64,000 nucleotides of DNA from Vulcanimicrobiota bacterium (GTDB lineage Bacteria; Vulcanimicrobiota; Vulcanimicrobiia; Vulcanimicrobiales; Vulcanimicrobiaceae), in the NCBI GenBank assembly GCA_963833095.1, contig CAWHWQ010000005.1, positions 416,001 through 480,000 on the forward strand, in the 5' to 3' direction. This document shows positions 19,967 to 30,506 of the stretch, in pieces. The position numbers and the translations under genes were made by a program. The notes beneath the pieces were generated by a model, which had not been told where the DNA came from, searched no databases, and saw nothing but the letters and a program-made list of their open reading frames with translations. How positions within the stretch are numbered: position 1 is the stretch's first letter; every line of letters starts with the position of its first letter.

Positions 19967-21466
19967 CTAAAGGGTGACGTCGGCGATGCGCTCGACGCGG
20001 ATCACCTTATCCGACTCGGTAAGACGCCCGAGCACGTCGAACCCGCTGGTCATCGCGCCAAACACGGTGAACGAATTGTCGAGGTGATATTGCGGCGAGA
20101 GCGTGATGTAGTATTCGCTACCCGCTGAGTCACGCTTGGGCAAGTTCGTTTTGTCGTCGTAGTCGAGACCCATCGAGATGACATAGCTGTTCTGTTCGAG
20201 CGGATTTTCTTCAGCCGGAATCGAGTACCCCGGACCCGGTGCGTTCTTGGCATCTTGTTCACCGGTCTGCACGACGAAATCCGGGACGATGCGAAACCAC
20301 GGGTTGTTGTCCAAGAAGCCGCGGTTCATCATGTTCAAGAAGTTGGTGACGGTGAGCGGCGCCCATTCCGGATAGAGGGCCACGTAGATGTTGCCTTGCG
20401 TCGTCACGATGCGCAAGCGCGGGTGTGGACCATGGACCGGCCCGAGCATCTCGCGGGCCGTTTGCGGCAACAACGGCGGAGCCGATGGTGCGTCTTGCGC
20501 GTTTGGTGCGCCGGGTGGCGGCACGTTCCGCGGCATCGGCGGCAGCGACGCTAACGGATCGCGCCCAGGCGCGGGCGTATGCACGAACGCGGGGATCGCG
20601 GTCCAATGATCGGTCAGCTTGCCACCCTGCAGCACGCGAATCGATTCCGCAGCCTGCTCTTGGACGCGCCACGATGGATCCTTGAGCAGCGGCTGCAGGT
20701 CGGCGACGAGCGCCGGGTCCTTGAGTTTTCCGTAGGCTCGCACCGCCTCGATCCGCACGACCTCATCGGAATCGGCTAGTCCACTGCGCAAGAACGCTAC
20801 CGGTACTTTCGAGGCGTAGCGCCGGAAGATCGCCCACATGATGCGCTCGCGCACGCCGGGATCGGGTTCCTTACCGAAGGCGGCCACGAGTTGGTCTATT
20901 GCGATTGCGCCGGGCGGCGAATCGGCGAACAGCGCCAGGGCGATCGCTGCTTTCCCGCGTGCCTCCGGCGAGTACCGATGCTCGCCCATCGCCGAAATGA
21001 GCACGAGGGCTGCCACCATCTCAGATCTCGGATCGAGCTTGCGCGCCTCCTCGTACCGGCCGAGCGCATCGATTGCCGCAATTTGAACCGTACCGCTGCG
21101 ATCGTTCGAAAGGGCGCCCGAGATGCTCTTGGCGTCGCTGCCGAGGCCGATCAACCCCAGACCAAAGATACTGAAAGCCCGGATAGTATCGCGGGGGTCC
21201 TTGAGGTATGGTTCGAGCAGCGGCACGCCTTCGGGCTGCTTGGTTCGCCCGATAGCCAGAGCAGCCCGTGCCGCGGTGGCGTCGTCCGGCGAGGCCAAGA
21301 GAGCGGCGAGGCGGCCGTCTCCCAGCGATCGCTCCGATTCCAAGCGCAAAATTGCTGTAGCCGTCGCACTTGGGACGGCTGCGGGTAAAACGAAAAGGGC
21401 CGCCGCGATAAGGACTGCTGAACGCAAACGTAACGCCAATTTGTACTGCCCCCCAACCAAAACCAT
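19967..21466 (-). CDS. Exported HEAT-repeat protein fused to a cyclophilin-type peptidylprolyl isomerase
   Basis: Signal-like N-terminus, HEAT repeats, C-terminal APLTVTNF...FRIVPDFVVQTG...DSAGSEYYI...HLD...FTVFG; start uncertain. Confidence 0.85.
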   Translation of the reverse strand: MVLVGGQYKLALRLRSAVLIAAALFVLPAAVPSATATAILRLESERSLGDGRLAALLASPDDATAARAALAIGRTKQPEGVPLLEPYLKDPRDTIRAFSIFGLGLIGLGSDAKSISGALSNDRSGTVQIAAIDALGRYEEARKLDPRSEMVAALVLISAMGEHRYSPEARGKAAIALALFADSPPGAIAIDQLVAAFGKEPDPGVRERIMWAIFRRYASKVPVAFLRSGLADSDEVVRIEAVRAYGKLKDPALVADLQPLLKDPSWRVQEQAAESIRVLQGGKLTDHWTAIPAFVHTPAPGRDPLASLPPMPRNVPPPGAPNAQDAPSAPPLLPQTAREMLGPVHGPHPRLRIVTTQGNIYVALYPEWAPLTVTNFLNMMNRGFLDNNPWFRIVPDFVVQTGEQDAKNAPGPGYSIPAEENPLEQNSYVISMGLDYDDKTNLPKRDSAGSEYYITLSPQYHLDNSFTVFGAMTSGFDVLGRLTESDKVIRVERIADVTL

Positions 21467-21544
21467 CGAACTTGCGTTCTAATATATGCACGACGATGGC
21501 CGTCCCTCCGGACGGCAACCCAAACAGTGGAAAAGAGAGCAAGC

Positions 21545-21886
21545 ATGTCAACCCCCGAAAGCCCCAAAAAGACCAGCGGAATGTCGGTCCGCGAGGCGGG
21601 ACAAAAAGGCGGCGAAACCGTCAAGAAAAAGTACGGCCCCGAGTTCTACGAGCAAATCGGACGCAAGGGTGGACTTGCGACGAAGCAGGCTCACGGTCAC
21701 GAGTTCTACGAGCAGATCGGTAAGAAGGGTGGGAAGAAAGGTGGCGAAGCAACGCGCGACCGCTACGGCCCAGACTTCTACGAACGAATCGGACAAAAAG
21801 GTGGCCAAAAAGTTAAGCAACTCATCGAGGAAGGCAAGCGCGCCGCGGCTGCCCAAGAGGCAGAGCGCGAAAAGCGCGCGAGCTAG
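21545..21886 (+). CDS. KGG/Em-repeat general stress protein (GsiB-like)
   Basis: MSVREAGQKGG and three EFYEQIGxKGG-type repeats. Confidence 0.88.
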   Translation: MSTPESPKKTSGMSVREAGQKGGETVKKKYGPEFYEQIGRKGGLATKQAHGHEFYEQIGKKGGKKGGEATRDRYGPDFYERIGQKGGQKVKQLIEEGKRAAAAQEAEREKRAS

Positions 21887-22631
21887 TTTCGTAAGCCTCA
21901 TCGCGGCGAGTCTGGCACTCGCCGCCGTTGCCCCCCTTGCACCGGTGTGGGTTGAGGCCTTTCCCTTGCAGACGCCGCGCACGTCGGCGTCGCCCACGGC
22001 TACACCAAAGCCCGCGCCCAATATCTTGCCGTTCGGATCGAGCCTCGCGTTCATACTGGACGGCACGATCTCTTCATCGTCGTCGAAAGCCGGTGACATC
22101 GTGAAAGCGCACCTCGAGCACGCACTCGAGGTCGACGGCGTAACCATCGCTCCGGCGGGCAGTCCCATCGAAATCAAGATCGCCGATGCATCACCCGCGT
22201 CGAATCCTGATATTTACGGTTTCGTGGATATTTATTTTCGCCCGCTCGTCCTCAACGACGGTCGGACGATTCCGCTACGCGCGCCCGCGTCGCATCTCAA
22301 CGTGAACGTTTCGGCCGGACACGACGCCACCGCCGGTGTCGAGAATACGATCGGCGATATTTGGGCCCCGACGTTGCTATTCCACGCCTTTCGCAAGGGC
22401 CGAAATTTCGTTCTCGAGCCGGGAGCAAATATCAACGCATTCACCGACGCTACGCTGATGATCGCGCGTGGCGGTGCCGTCATGATCGAAACGCCGGCGC
22501 CGCTGGTGCTCGATGCCGAAACGCCGGTATCGTCGTTCCGTTCGGTCCCGATGGCCACCGCGCAGGCCACCTACAAGCCGCCCATCCAAGAACCGAGCAT
22601 TACTCCGGATACACCGCACCCTCGCTACTAG
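21849..22631 (+). CDS. Hypothetical exported protein
   Basis: Signal-peptide-like segment followed by a beta-rich domain (ISSSSSKAGDIVKA...). The track start at 21486 lies under the KGG gene, so the true start is uncertain (CTG at 21849 proposed). Confidence 0.65.
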   Translation: MPKRQSAKSARASFVSLIAASLALAAVAPLAPVWVEAFPLQTPRTSASPTATPKPAPNILPFGSSLAFILDGTISSSSSKAGDIVKAHLEHALEVDGVTIAPAGSPIEIKIADASPASNPDIYGFVDIYFRPLVLNDGRTIPLRAPASHLNVNVSAGHDATAGVENTIGDIWAPTLLFHAFRKGRNFVLEPGANINAFTDATLMIARGGAVMIETPAPLVLDAETPVSSFRSVPMATAQATYKPPIQEPSITPDTPHPRY

Positions 22632-22650
22632 ATCTTACAAGGAGCCGCAC

Positions 22651-23307
22651 GTGGTACGTCGCTACCTGATCGCATTGGTCGCGTTGCTCGTCTCTTCGTC
22701 GTGTATCGGCTTGGCGGCCGATACGCTCTCACCCAAGCCTCAAGGCGCCGAAGTCGGCTTTGTCGCAAGCATCCAAAAAGATTTGAGCGCCCGCTACGCG
22801 ACGATCGCGCAGGCGCAGACAGCCGGCTATTTCCGGTACACCAACGAAGACAAGACCGGCTCGATCAGCTATGCCAACCTGCAGTGGACCTCCAGCGACC
22901 CGCAACATCCCAGCCAACTGTGGTATAGCGTTGACGGTAAATTACTCGGCGCTGATTTTTCACGACCGTACGTTGCCGGAAGTGCGCCCAACCTCTGGGG
23001 CGTCAATCCGGCGCGTTGGTCGCGCTTTAACGCGCACATTCACTGGGTGCTCGACGTCGACGGTAAGGAAAGCTACGGAGCGACCAGCGTGGCAAAGTTC
23101 AAAGCCGCCGGCGGCGATCCCGACAATCCGCAGCCTGCAGCCGTCGTAGCGCTGGGCAAAGCTCACGACGCCTCGGAAGTTCGCAAGGTCTTTCTCTTTG
23201 ACGACATCTGGGATCTCGAAGTCTGGGTCATGCCCAATCCCAACGGCGCCTTCGCGGAGATGAACCCGCTCGTTCATCCAAGCGCAAGCGCCCAATCGAT
23301 GGATTAA
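22651..23307 (+). CDS. Hypothetical exported protein
   Basis: AAGGAG RBS then GTG 22651; signal peptide; C-terminal VW..PNPNGAFAEMNPLV. Confidence 0.75.
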   Translation: MVRRYLIALVALLVSSSCIGLAADTLSPKPQGAEVGFVASIQKDLSARYATIAQAQTAGYFRYTNEDKTGSISYANLQWTSSDPQHPSQLWYSVDGKLLGADFSRPYVAGSAPNLWGVNPARWSRFNAHIHWVLDVDGKESYGATSVAKFKAAGGDPDNPQPAAVVALGKAHDASEVRKVFLFDDIWDLEVWVMPNPNGAFAEMNPLVHPSASAQSMD

Positions 23308-23316
23308 CGAATAAGG

Positions 23317-23445
23317 CACGAGGGTTCTCGGCTCAGGGGCATCTGACAATCGGCTGGAGCCAGGATGGCGAGAGGACGATTTCAGTGAGCAGCATTTTCA
23401 CATGAGGTGAAAATGCGGGCGTCCCCGGAGATGAGGACGCTCGTG
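23317..23445. repeat. Nested palindromic intergenic element between convergent genes
   Basis: Ends cacgagggttctc / gaggacgctcgtg are imperfectly complementary; internal perfect IR gcattttcac-atgag-gtgaaaatgc; central gccaggatggc hairpin. Confidence 0.55.
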
Positions 23446-23447
23446 AC

Positions 23448-24620
23448 TTACTCGTTACTCCAATAATCTTTCAGCGCTTTGCCGCGGGACGGGTGGCGGA
23501 GTTTACGGAGCGCCTTGGCTTCGATTTGGCGGATACGCTCGCGCGTCACGCCGAACTCCTGGCCGACTTCTTCGAGCGTGCGTTGATGGCCGTCTTCGAG
23601 CCCGAAGCGTAGCACCAACACTTTGCGTTCGCGCTCGGTGAGATTTTGCAGCACGTCCGCCATCTTCTCTTTGAGGAGCATGACGGAGGCTGCCTCGGCC
23701 GGTGCGACGGCTTCTTGGTCTTCGATGAAGTCGCCGAGATGCGAATCTTCTTCTTCGCCGATCGGCGTTTCGAGCGAGATCGGTTCTTGCGAGATCTTCA
23801 TGACCTCGCGAACCTTTTCGGGCGTTAGCGCCATCGCTTCGGCGATCTCTTCTACCGAGGGTTCGCGCCCAAGCTCTTGGAGCAACTGGCGGGAGACCTT
23901 GATCAAACGGTTGATCGTTTCGACCATGTGCACGGGGATGCGAATCGTCCGTGCCTGATCGGCGAGCGCACGCGTGATCGCCTGGCGAATCCACCACGTC
24001 GCGTAGGTCGAGAACTTATAGCCCTTACGGTAGTCGAATTTTTCGACCGCGCGGATCAGCCCCAGATTGCCCTCTTGAATCAAGTCAAGGAAGAGCATGC
24101 CGCGGCCGACATATTTCTTTGCGATCGAGACGACGAGGCGCAGGTTCGCCTCAGTGAGCTGGCGCTTGGCTTCGTCGCCGTCGGTGACCAGGCGCGCGTC
24201 AGCGGTGCCGTTCTTCTGGAGTTCGAGTTCGCCGGCTTCAATCCGCATCGCAAGCGACTTCTCTTGCTCCATCGAGAGCAGCGGAACGCGCCCGATCTCC
24301 TTGAGATACATGCGAACCGGATCGTCGAGTGAGAGCCCATCGGGGATCGGCTCCTCTTGCTCTTCTTCGACCGCCTCGCCTTCGGGCTTCTCTTCCTTTT
24401 GCTCATCGATGATCTCGATGCCGGCGGCGGTGATCTCCTCGAACAGGCCGTCGATTTCATCGGGGTTGACATCATCGAGCGCATCGAACGCCGAATTGAT
24501 TTCTTCGTACGTCAGCGAACTGCGCTGCTTTCCGCGCGCGATGAGCTTCTTCTTCAGTTCATCCAGCGTTAAAACCGGTTGCGCTTCGGCAACCGCGGCC
24601 GCTGATTTCTTGCGTGGCAC
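23448..24620 (-). CDS. rpoD: RNA polymerase primary sigma factor
   Basis: [49 protein letters not shown]...TRERIRQIE. Confidence 0.98.
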   Translation of the reverse strand: MPRKKSAAAVAEAQPVLTLDELKKKLIARGKQRSSLTYEEINSAFDALDDVNPDEIDGLFEEITAAGIEIIDEQKEEKPEGEAVEEEQEEPIPDGLSLDDPVRMYLKEIGRVPLLSMEQEKSLAMRIEAGELELQKNGTADARLVTDGDEAKRQLTEANLRLVVSIAKKYVGRGMLFLDLIQEGNLGLIRAVEKFDYRKGYKFSTYATWWIRQAITRALADQARTIRIPVHMVETINRLIKVSRQLLQELGREPSVEEIAEAMALTPEKVREVMKISQEPISLETPIGEEEDSHLGDFIEDQEAVAPAEAASVMLLKEKMADVLQNLTERERKVLVLRFGLEDGHQRTLEEVGQEFGVTRERIRQIEAKALRKLRHPSRGKALKDYWSNE

Positions 24621-24689
24621 TCGGACATCACCCCCTTTCTTGGATTTCTATGATTAGACTTGTGATTTTGGTTTACTTCTTTAAGATCG

Positions 24690-26507
24690 TTAACGTCGCT
24701 TCAATTTTGAAGCTAGTGTATTGAATTCGGCCAGTAGCTCCGTCGGGACGGGCTTTCCGGCCTGGAAAAGTTCGTCGATTGAATGGGAGAGCTCGGCGTA
24801 CCGGTCTGTCTCATCCTCATGGGTTAACCGCTCGACGATGCGGTCGAGATGCGCACGGCGCTCATCTGAGTCGCCATATCGCACCGTTGAACTGCGGTCC
24901 CTCTGCCCGAGAGAGGCCAACAGTTCCCGCGCCTCGTCGTCGTCCGCGCACGCAGCAAACGCGTCCGCGGCGGTCCGCAATTCACCTGCGTGGTCGATGA
25001 GAAGCCGGTAAGCTCGCCGGTACACCTCATTGCGAAAGCGGTGCGGCCCGATCCGGTTCGCGTATTCGAGAACCAGCGCGGGATCCTCAACGGCGATCCC
25101 AAGCACGTCACGTTCGAACGAGAGTGGTTCAAGCGCGCCAAACGTTCGGGTGACCGGAGCATGGCGACTCCCCGCCGCGCGCGCTCCGTCAGAACGTGGT
25201 GAAAAGTTGGCGCTATTAGCGAGGAAGCGGCTATTTCGAAGATCGTCGACGTTCACCTTCAATCGTCCGGCGACGTAGACACGCCAGCGGTCCCACTCCT
25301 CGCGCGGGGTCAATTCCCGGATCAACGCCTCAGCGTTGCGCGCGATCGCCGCCGGGGATTCGAATCCCGAACGGAGCCGATCGATTTGCGGATCGAGCTT
25401 GAACTCGATCGAGGGCTTGGCCGCATCGAGCAACGCCGCAAACCCCGCCGCCCCGTGCGCTCGCACGAAGCTATCGGGATCCTCACCTTGCGGGAGTGCG
25501 ACGATCCGGACGCTGGAACCGGTGTGCTCAATCACCTTAGACGCAATGTCTATCGTTTTGGTTGCAGCGCTGCTCCCGGCCGCGTCGGCATCGAAGCATA
25601 AGTAAATGTTGTCGGCATATTTACGCAGCTCCATCGCCTGTCGCTCGGTGAACGAGGTCCCAAGCGCCGCAACTGCGCCTTCAAACCCGGCCTGGTGCAA
25701 TGCAATGCAATCGAGATAGCCTTCGACGACGATAAGCGTACGGTCCGCTTGGGCGGCACGCCGCGCAACGTTGAGTGCGAAGAGATGATCGCCTTTGGTG
25801 TATACCGGCGTCGTGCTGGTGTTCAGATATTTCGGTTCGCCGGCTCCCAGCTCGCGACCGCCGAAAGCAATCACCTCGCCGGTCGTCGCGTAGGTCGGCA
25901 CCATGAGGCGATTGCGATAGAAATCGTAGTAACCGCCGCGCTGCGACGGCTTGACGAGACCGGCCTTTGCCGCCAGCTCCAAGTCAACGCCGTGCGCACG
26001 CAGTTCGTCGGCGAGACCATTCCAGCCGTCCGGCGCGTAGCCCAGATGAAACCTCTCGACGATCGCTTCTCCGAAGCCACGTCGTTCGCAGTACGCGCGG
26101 GCTGCATCGCCCGTCGCACCGCGCAGCATGCGCTCGAAATAGGCTGCGGCAAGCGCATTGGCTTCGTAGATCGCTTCGCGTTCATTGCGCACGCGCGCGG
26201 CACGTGGATCCTCGTTCTCGATTTCGATGCCGGCTTTTTTTGCAAGCACACGCGCAGCGTCACCGAAAGGCAAGTTCTCCAGCTTCATGGCAAAAGCGAT
26301 CACGTCGCCGCCCGCGCCGCATCCAAAGCATTTAAAATACCCCTCTTCGGGATGCACGTGGAACGACGGCGTCTTCTCGCCATGGAACGGGCACAGGCCA
26401 ACCAAGTCGCGCCCGCGCTTTTTCAGCGAAACGTACTGACCGATGAACGTGGCGATATCGATCCGGGTGTGGATCTCGCGAATGGCGCTTTGATCGAGGC
26501 GGGGCAT
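24690..26507 (-). CDS. dnaG: DNA primase
   Basis: CPFHGEKTPSF...CFGC zinc finger, KYLNT, VEGYLD, FDADAAG, DPD. Confidence 0.97.
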   Translation of the reverse strand: MPRLDQSAIREIHTRIDIATFIGQYVSLKKRGRDLVGLCPFHGEKTPSFHVHPEEGYFKCFGCGAGGDVIAFAMKLENLPFGDAARVLAKKAGIEIENEDPRAARVRNEREAIYEANALAAAYFERMLRGATGDAARAYCERRGFGEAIVERFHLGYAPDGWNGLADELRAHGVDLELAAKAGLVKPSQRGGYYDFYRNRLMVPTYATTGEVIAFGGRELGAGEPKYLNTSTTPVYTKGDHLFALNVARRAAQADRTLIVVEGYLDCIALHQAGFEGAVAALGTSFTERQAMELRKYADNIYLCFDADAAGSSAATKTIDIASKVIEHTGSSVRIVALPQGEDPDSFVRAHGAAGFAALLDAAKPSIEFKLDPQIDRLRSGFESPAAIARNAEALIRELTPREEWDRWRVYVAGRLKVNVDDLRNSRFLANSANFSPRSDGARAAGSRHAPVTRTFGALEPLSFERDVLGIAVEDPALVLEYANRIGPHRFRNEVYRRAYRLLIDHAGELRTAADAFAACADDDEARELLASLGQRDRSSTVRYGDSDERRAHLDRIVERLTHEDETDRYAELSHSIDELFQAGKPVPTELLAEFNTLASKLKRR

Positions 26508-26590
26508 CGTGGTAACGGTACTATCCTCGGCCCACGTGCCAGAGCCTCCCCAAGGCCGGCCAATCGGTCTTCGAGAACCAGAAGCCGCAC

Positions 26591-27796
26591 GTGAAGCGCA
26601 TCTTCGACCCGGTCCATCACTTCATCGAGCTCGAGCCGGGCGAAGCCCGCCTGCTCGATCTGGCGCCGATGCAACGGCTGCGCCGCTTGCGCCAACTTGG
26701 CCTTGCCTACTTCGCGTTTCCGTCAGCGGAGCACTCACGTTTCACGCATGCGCTGGGCGCGCTCGCCATGGGCTCGCGCGCTTACGACGGGCTCATTCGT
26801 CATGCGGGCGATGCAGGCGCGCCGCAGCGCGCATACGAGCGGCGCCTGGTGCGCACCGCGCTACTCCTGCACGACGTGGGCCACGGCCCCTTCAGCCACG
26901 CGTGCGAGGCCGTGCTCGGCGTACGTCATGAGGAACGCACGCGCGAGATTCTTGCGCTGCCGGCGATGCGCGAGGGCATTGAGGCGCTCGACGTCGATCC
27001 GTCTGACGTCCTAGCGCTCATCGCGGGCGATCCGGGCACTGCCTATCCCGCGCTGCGCGAACTCGTCAGCGGACCAAATCTCGACGCCGACCGGATGGAC
27101 TATCTGCTGCGCGACGCCTACTTCACCGGCGTCGTTAGCGGTCGTTACGATGCCGATCAACTCGTGGCATCGCTACGTCTCTTCGAACGCGACGGCGCGG
27201 CCGTCGTCGGCATCGATTCGCGCGGCGTCGTCGCGCTCGAGTCATTTGTCGTGGCGCGTTATATGATGTTTGCTTCGGTCTATTTTCATCATACGACGCG
27301 CCTTTTCGAGCGCATTTTACAAGACGCGCTGCGCGAGCTGTGGCCCGATCCGCACGCGCTCGACGACATCGACGAATTTCTTCGCTGGGACGACTTTCGG
27401 GTGCTCAACGAGCTGCGCGATCGCGAAAGCGAGCCCGCCCGCGCGCTACGCGAGCGCGTTCGCATCTATGCGCGTGCCGCCGAGTTCAACGCCGAGGGCG
27501 ATCTGCGCGCTTACACGGCGTGCGAGAGCGCCCTGCGCGAGCGCTTCGGCACGGACGCGGTGTGGGCCGACGAACAGTCGCAGGTCATGCACCGTCTGCC
27601 GCTCGTGGCGGCCAAAGGTTCGCACACGGTGTGGGTCGGGACGCCGTCGGGCCTGGTCGATGCACGCGAAGTCTCCGACCTCATCAACAAGCTCAGCGGG
27701 AAAGCCTATTGGCGCAAACTCTTCGTGCGGCGCGACCGGGCCGACGTGCGCGAAGCCCGCGCCATGTGCGCGGAGATAATTACAGAGTATAGGTAG
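26591..27796 (+). CDS. HD-domain phosphohydrolase (YwfO/SAMHD1-like)
   Basis: DPVH, QRLRRLRQLG, HSRFTH, LHDVGHGPFSH, DADRMDYLLRD. Confidence 0.92.
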   Translation: MKRIFDPVHHFIELEPGEARLLDLAPMQRLRRLRQLGLAYFAFPSAEHSRFTHALGALAMGSRAYDGLIRHAGDAGAPQRAYERRLVRTALLLHDVGHGPFSHACEAVLGVRHEERTREILALPAMREGIEALDVDPSDVLALIAGDPGTAYPALRELVSGPNLDADRMDYLLRDAYFTGVVSGRYDADQLVASLRLFERDGAAVVGIDSRGVVALESFVVARYMMFASVYFHHTTRLFERILQDALRELWPDPHALDDIDEFLRWDDFRVLNELRDRESEPARALRERVRIYARAAEFNAEGDLRAYTACESALRERFGTDAVWADEQSQVMHRLPLVAAKGSHTVWVGTPSGLVDAREVSDLINKLSGKAYWRKLFVRRDRADVREARAMCAEIITEYR

Positions 27797-27823
27797 GACT
27801 AGCGGCGAAGCCGCAGTCCGACT

Positions 27824-30490
27824 TTAGGTAAGAGTACCAAGGGTCGACTGCGCCGCAGCCAAACGCGCCACCGGAACGCGATACGGCGAGCACGATACGT
27901 AATCGAGCCCAATCTGATCGCAGAACGCCACGCTCGACGGCTCGCCGCCGTGTTCGCCGCAGATCCCGATCTTCAAGTCCGCGCGCGCGCCGCGGCCGAG
28001 CGAGACGCCCTGGCGCATCAACGCACCGACGCCTTGCCGGTCGAGCACTTGAAACGGATCGTCGCGCAAGATCTTTTTCTCGAGATAGACGGGAATGAAG
28101 CTGCCTTCCGCGTCATCGCGGCTGTAGCCGTAGGCCGTCTGCGTGAGGTCGTTGGTCCCAAAGGAAAAGAATTCGGCGATGGCCGCCAACTCATCCGCGA
28201 CGATGCACGCGCGCGGCAGCTCGACCATCGTGCCGATGTGGTACTCGACCGGCGTGCCGCGTTGCGCGATCACCTCATCCGCCACGGCTTTGGCGGCGTC
28301 AAAGGTGACTTGCATCTCTTCCTTGGTTCCCACGCCGGGGATCATCACGTCGGGCCGCGCATCGACGCCGCGTGCTTTGAGCTCGCAGGCTGCCTCAAAA
28401 ATCGCGCGGACTTGCATCGCGTAGATCTCAGGAAAAAGAATGCCGAGCCGGCAGACGCGCAATCCCAACATAGGATTTTGCTCGTGCAGCTGCTCTACAC
28501 GGCGTAGCACCGCCATCTTCTGCTTGTAGGCTGCGTCATCCGCGCCTTTAGTAAGGCGCAGTTCCGTCGTTTCAACGAGTAACTGCTCGAGCGAGGGCAA
28601 AAACTCGTGCAACGGCGGATCCAGCAGACGAATCGTCACCGGTAAGCCCGCCATTGCTTCGAGGATGCCGACGAAATCGGCGCGTTGAATCGGCAGGAGC
28701 TTCTCGAGCGCAGTCTCGCGCCCTTGCGGTGTGTTCGCCATGATCATCTGCTGCACGATCGGCAAGCGATCCGGCTGCATAAACATGTGCTCGGTCCGGC
28801 ACAGCCCGATGCCCTCCGCGCCGAGCTCACGCGCTTTGCGCGCATCTTCGGGCGTGTCGGCGTTCGCCCAGACCTCGAGGCGACGCAGCTTGTCGGCCCA
28901 CGAGAGAAACGTCGCGAGCCAATCCGGCAGCGTCGTCGGCGCATCGATCAGCGCGAGCTTGCCGACGATGACGTTGCCGGTACTCCCGTCGATCGTAAGC
29001 CAATCGCCCTCGTGAAACTCGCGCTCACCGATACGAAGAATTTTATTGCGCCGGTCGATCTCAAGCGCTTCGCAGCCCGCCACGCAGGGTTTGCCCATGC
29101 CGCGCGCCACGACCGCGGCGTGCGAGGTGGCGCCACCCTTCGCGGTCAGCACACCACGCGAGGCGATCATGCCGTGGACGTCATCGGGTGTCGTCTCGAC
29201 GCGTACGAGGATCGTATCTTTGCCCTGTTCTTTCCACGCAACCGCATCGTCGGCGGTGAACACGATCTGTCCCGCGGCTGCACCCGGTGACGCGTTGAGG
29301 CCCTTGGCGACAACGTCGATTCGCGCTTTGGGATCGATGCGAGCGTGGAAGAGTTGATCCAGCGATTCGGCCGGGACACGCGAGAGGGCGGTTCGCTCGT
29401 CGATCAAGCCTTCGCGCACCATATCGAGTGCAATGCGGACCGCCGCTTCCGCGCTACGTTTGCCGCTGCGCGTTTGGAGCATATAGAGCTTTCCGCGCTC
29501 AACCGTAAACTCGATGTCCTGCATGTCGCGGTAATGGTGTTCGAGCCGCTGCGCGATGTCGTCAAATTGCTGGTAAATCTCCGGCTGCGTCCGCTTGAGA
29601 TCGGCAATCTTCTCCGGCGTGCGGGTGCCCGCAACCACGTCTTCGCCTTGCGCGTTGGTCAGATACTCACCGAAGAGCACGTGCTCGCCGGTATTGGGAT
29701 CACGCGTGAACGCAACGCCCGTCCCGGAATCATCGCCCATGTTCCCGAAGACCATCTCGACGACGCTCACCGCCGTTCCCCATTCGTCGGAAATTTTGTT
29801 GAACCGGCGATAGTCGATCGCTCGTCGCGAATTCCACGAATCGAAGACGGCCTGAATCGCAAGGCGCAACTGCTCGCTCACGTCTTGCGGGAAGGGATGC
29901 CCGCTGCGCTCGAGCACGACTGATTTGAAGTTCTCGGAGAGAGCGCGCCACGAGGCGGCATCGACTTGCGGATCGCTCTCGACACCCAGTGCGCGTTTGC
30001 GCTGCTCGATCAGTTCGTCGAAGTGCTCTTTTTCGATGCCGAGCACGACTTCGGCGAACATCATAATAAAACGCCGATAGGCGTCCCAGGCGAAGCGTTC
30101 ATTGCTCGTGAGCTTTACGAGTCCGGCAACGGTTCGATCGTTGAGACCCAAGTTGAGAATCGTATCCATCATCCCGGGCATCGAGACGCGCGCACCGCTG
30201 CGCACCGAGACGAGAAGCGGATCGGCGGCGTCGCCGAATCGTTTTCCGGTCCGCGCTTCGAGTTCGCGCATCGACCGCTCGACTTGCGCATCGAGGCCGC
30301 TGGGATATTTGCGGCCGTCCCGGTAAAAGTCCAGGCACGCCGCGGTCGTAATGATGAAGCCCTGCGGAACCGGAAGCCCGGCGCGCGTCATCTCGGCCAG
30401 GCCCGCGCCTTTGCCGCCGAGGAGGTCGGTCATCGATCCGTCGCCCTCGTCAAAGAAGTAGACATACTTTGTCGCTACGGTTGTCGTCAC
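27824..30490 (-). CDS. ppdK: Pyruvate, phosphate dikinase
   Basis: LLGGKGAGL, MPGMMDT, GATSHAAV, GLCRTEHMF, GTNDLTQ, CGEHGG; GGAGG RBS before GTG 30490. Confidence 0.97.
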   Translation of the reverse strand: MTTTVATKYVYFFDEGDGSMTDLLGGKGAGLAEMTRAGLPVPQGFIITTAACLDFYRDGRKYPSGLDAQVERSMRELEARTGKRFGDAADPLLVSVRSGARVSMPGMMDTILNLGLNDRTVAGLVKLTSNERFAWDAYRRFIMMFAEVVLGIEKEHFDELIEQRKRALGVESDPQVDAASWRALSENFKSVVLERSGHPFPQDVSEQLRLAIQAVFDSWNSRRAIDYRRFNKISDEWGTAVSVVEMVFGNMGDDSGTGVAFTRDPNTGEHVLFGEYLTNAQGEDVVAGTRTPEKIADLKRTQPEIYQQFDDIAQRLEHHYRDMQDIEFTVERGKLYMLQTRSGKRSAEAAVRIALDMVREGLIDERTALSRVPAESLDQLFHARIDPKARIDVVAKGLNASPGAAAGQIVFTADDAVAWKEQGKDTILVRVETTPDDVHGMIASRGVLTAKGGATSHAAVVARGMGKPCVAGCEALEIDRRNKILRIGEREFHEGDWLTIDGSTGNVIVGKLALIDAPTTLPDWLATFLSWADKLRRLEVWANADTPEDARKARELGAEGIGLCRTEHMFMQPDRLPIVQQMIMANTPQGRETALEKLLPIQRADFVGILEAMAGLPVTIRLLDPPLHEFLPSLEQLLVETTELRLTKGADDAAYKQKMAVLRRVEQLHEQNPMLGLRVCRLGILFPEIYAMQVRAIFEAACELKARGVDARPDVMIPGVGTKEEMQVTFDAAKAVADEVIAQRGTPVEYHIGTMVELPRACIVADELAAIAEFFSFGTNDLTQTAYGYSRDDAEGSFIPVYLEKKILRDDPFQVLDRQGVGALMRQGVSLGRGARADLKIGICGEHGGEPSSVAFCDQIGLDYVSCSPYRVPVARLAAAQSTLGTLT

Positions 30491-30506
30491 GTTTCGCACC
30501 TCCACG

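Noticed and set aside
21625..21810. Three ~35-bp direct repeats (gagttctacgagca.atcgg)
   Set aside because: Explained by the protein repeats of the KGG/Em stress protein.
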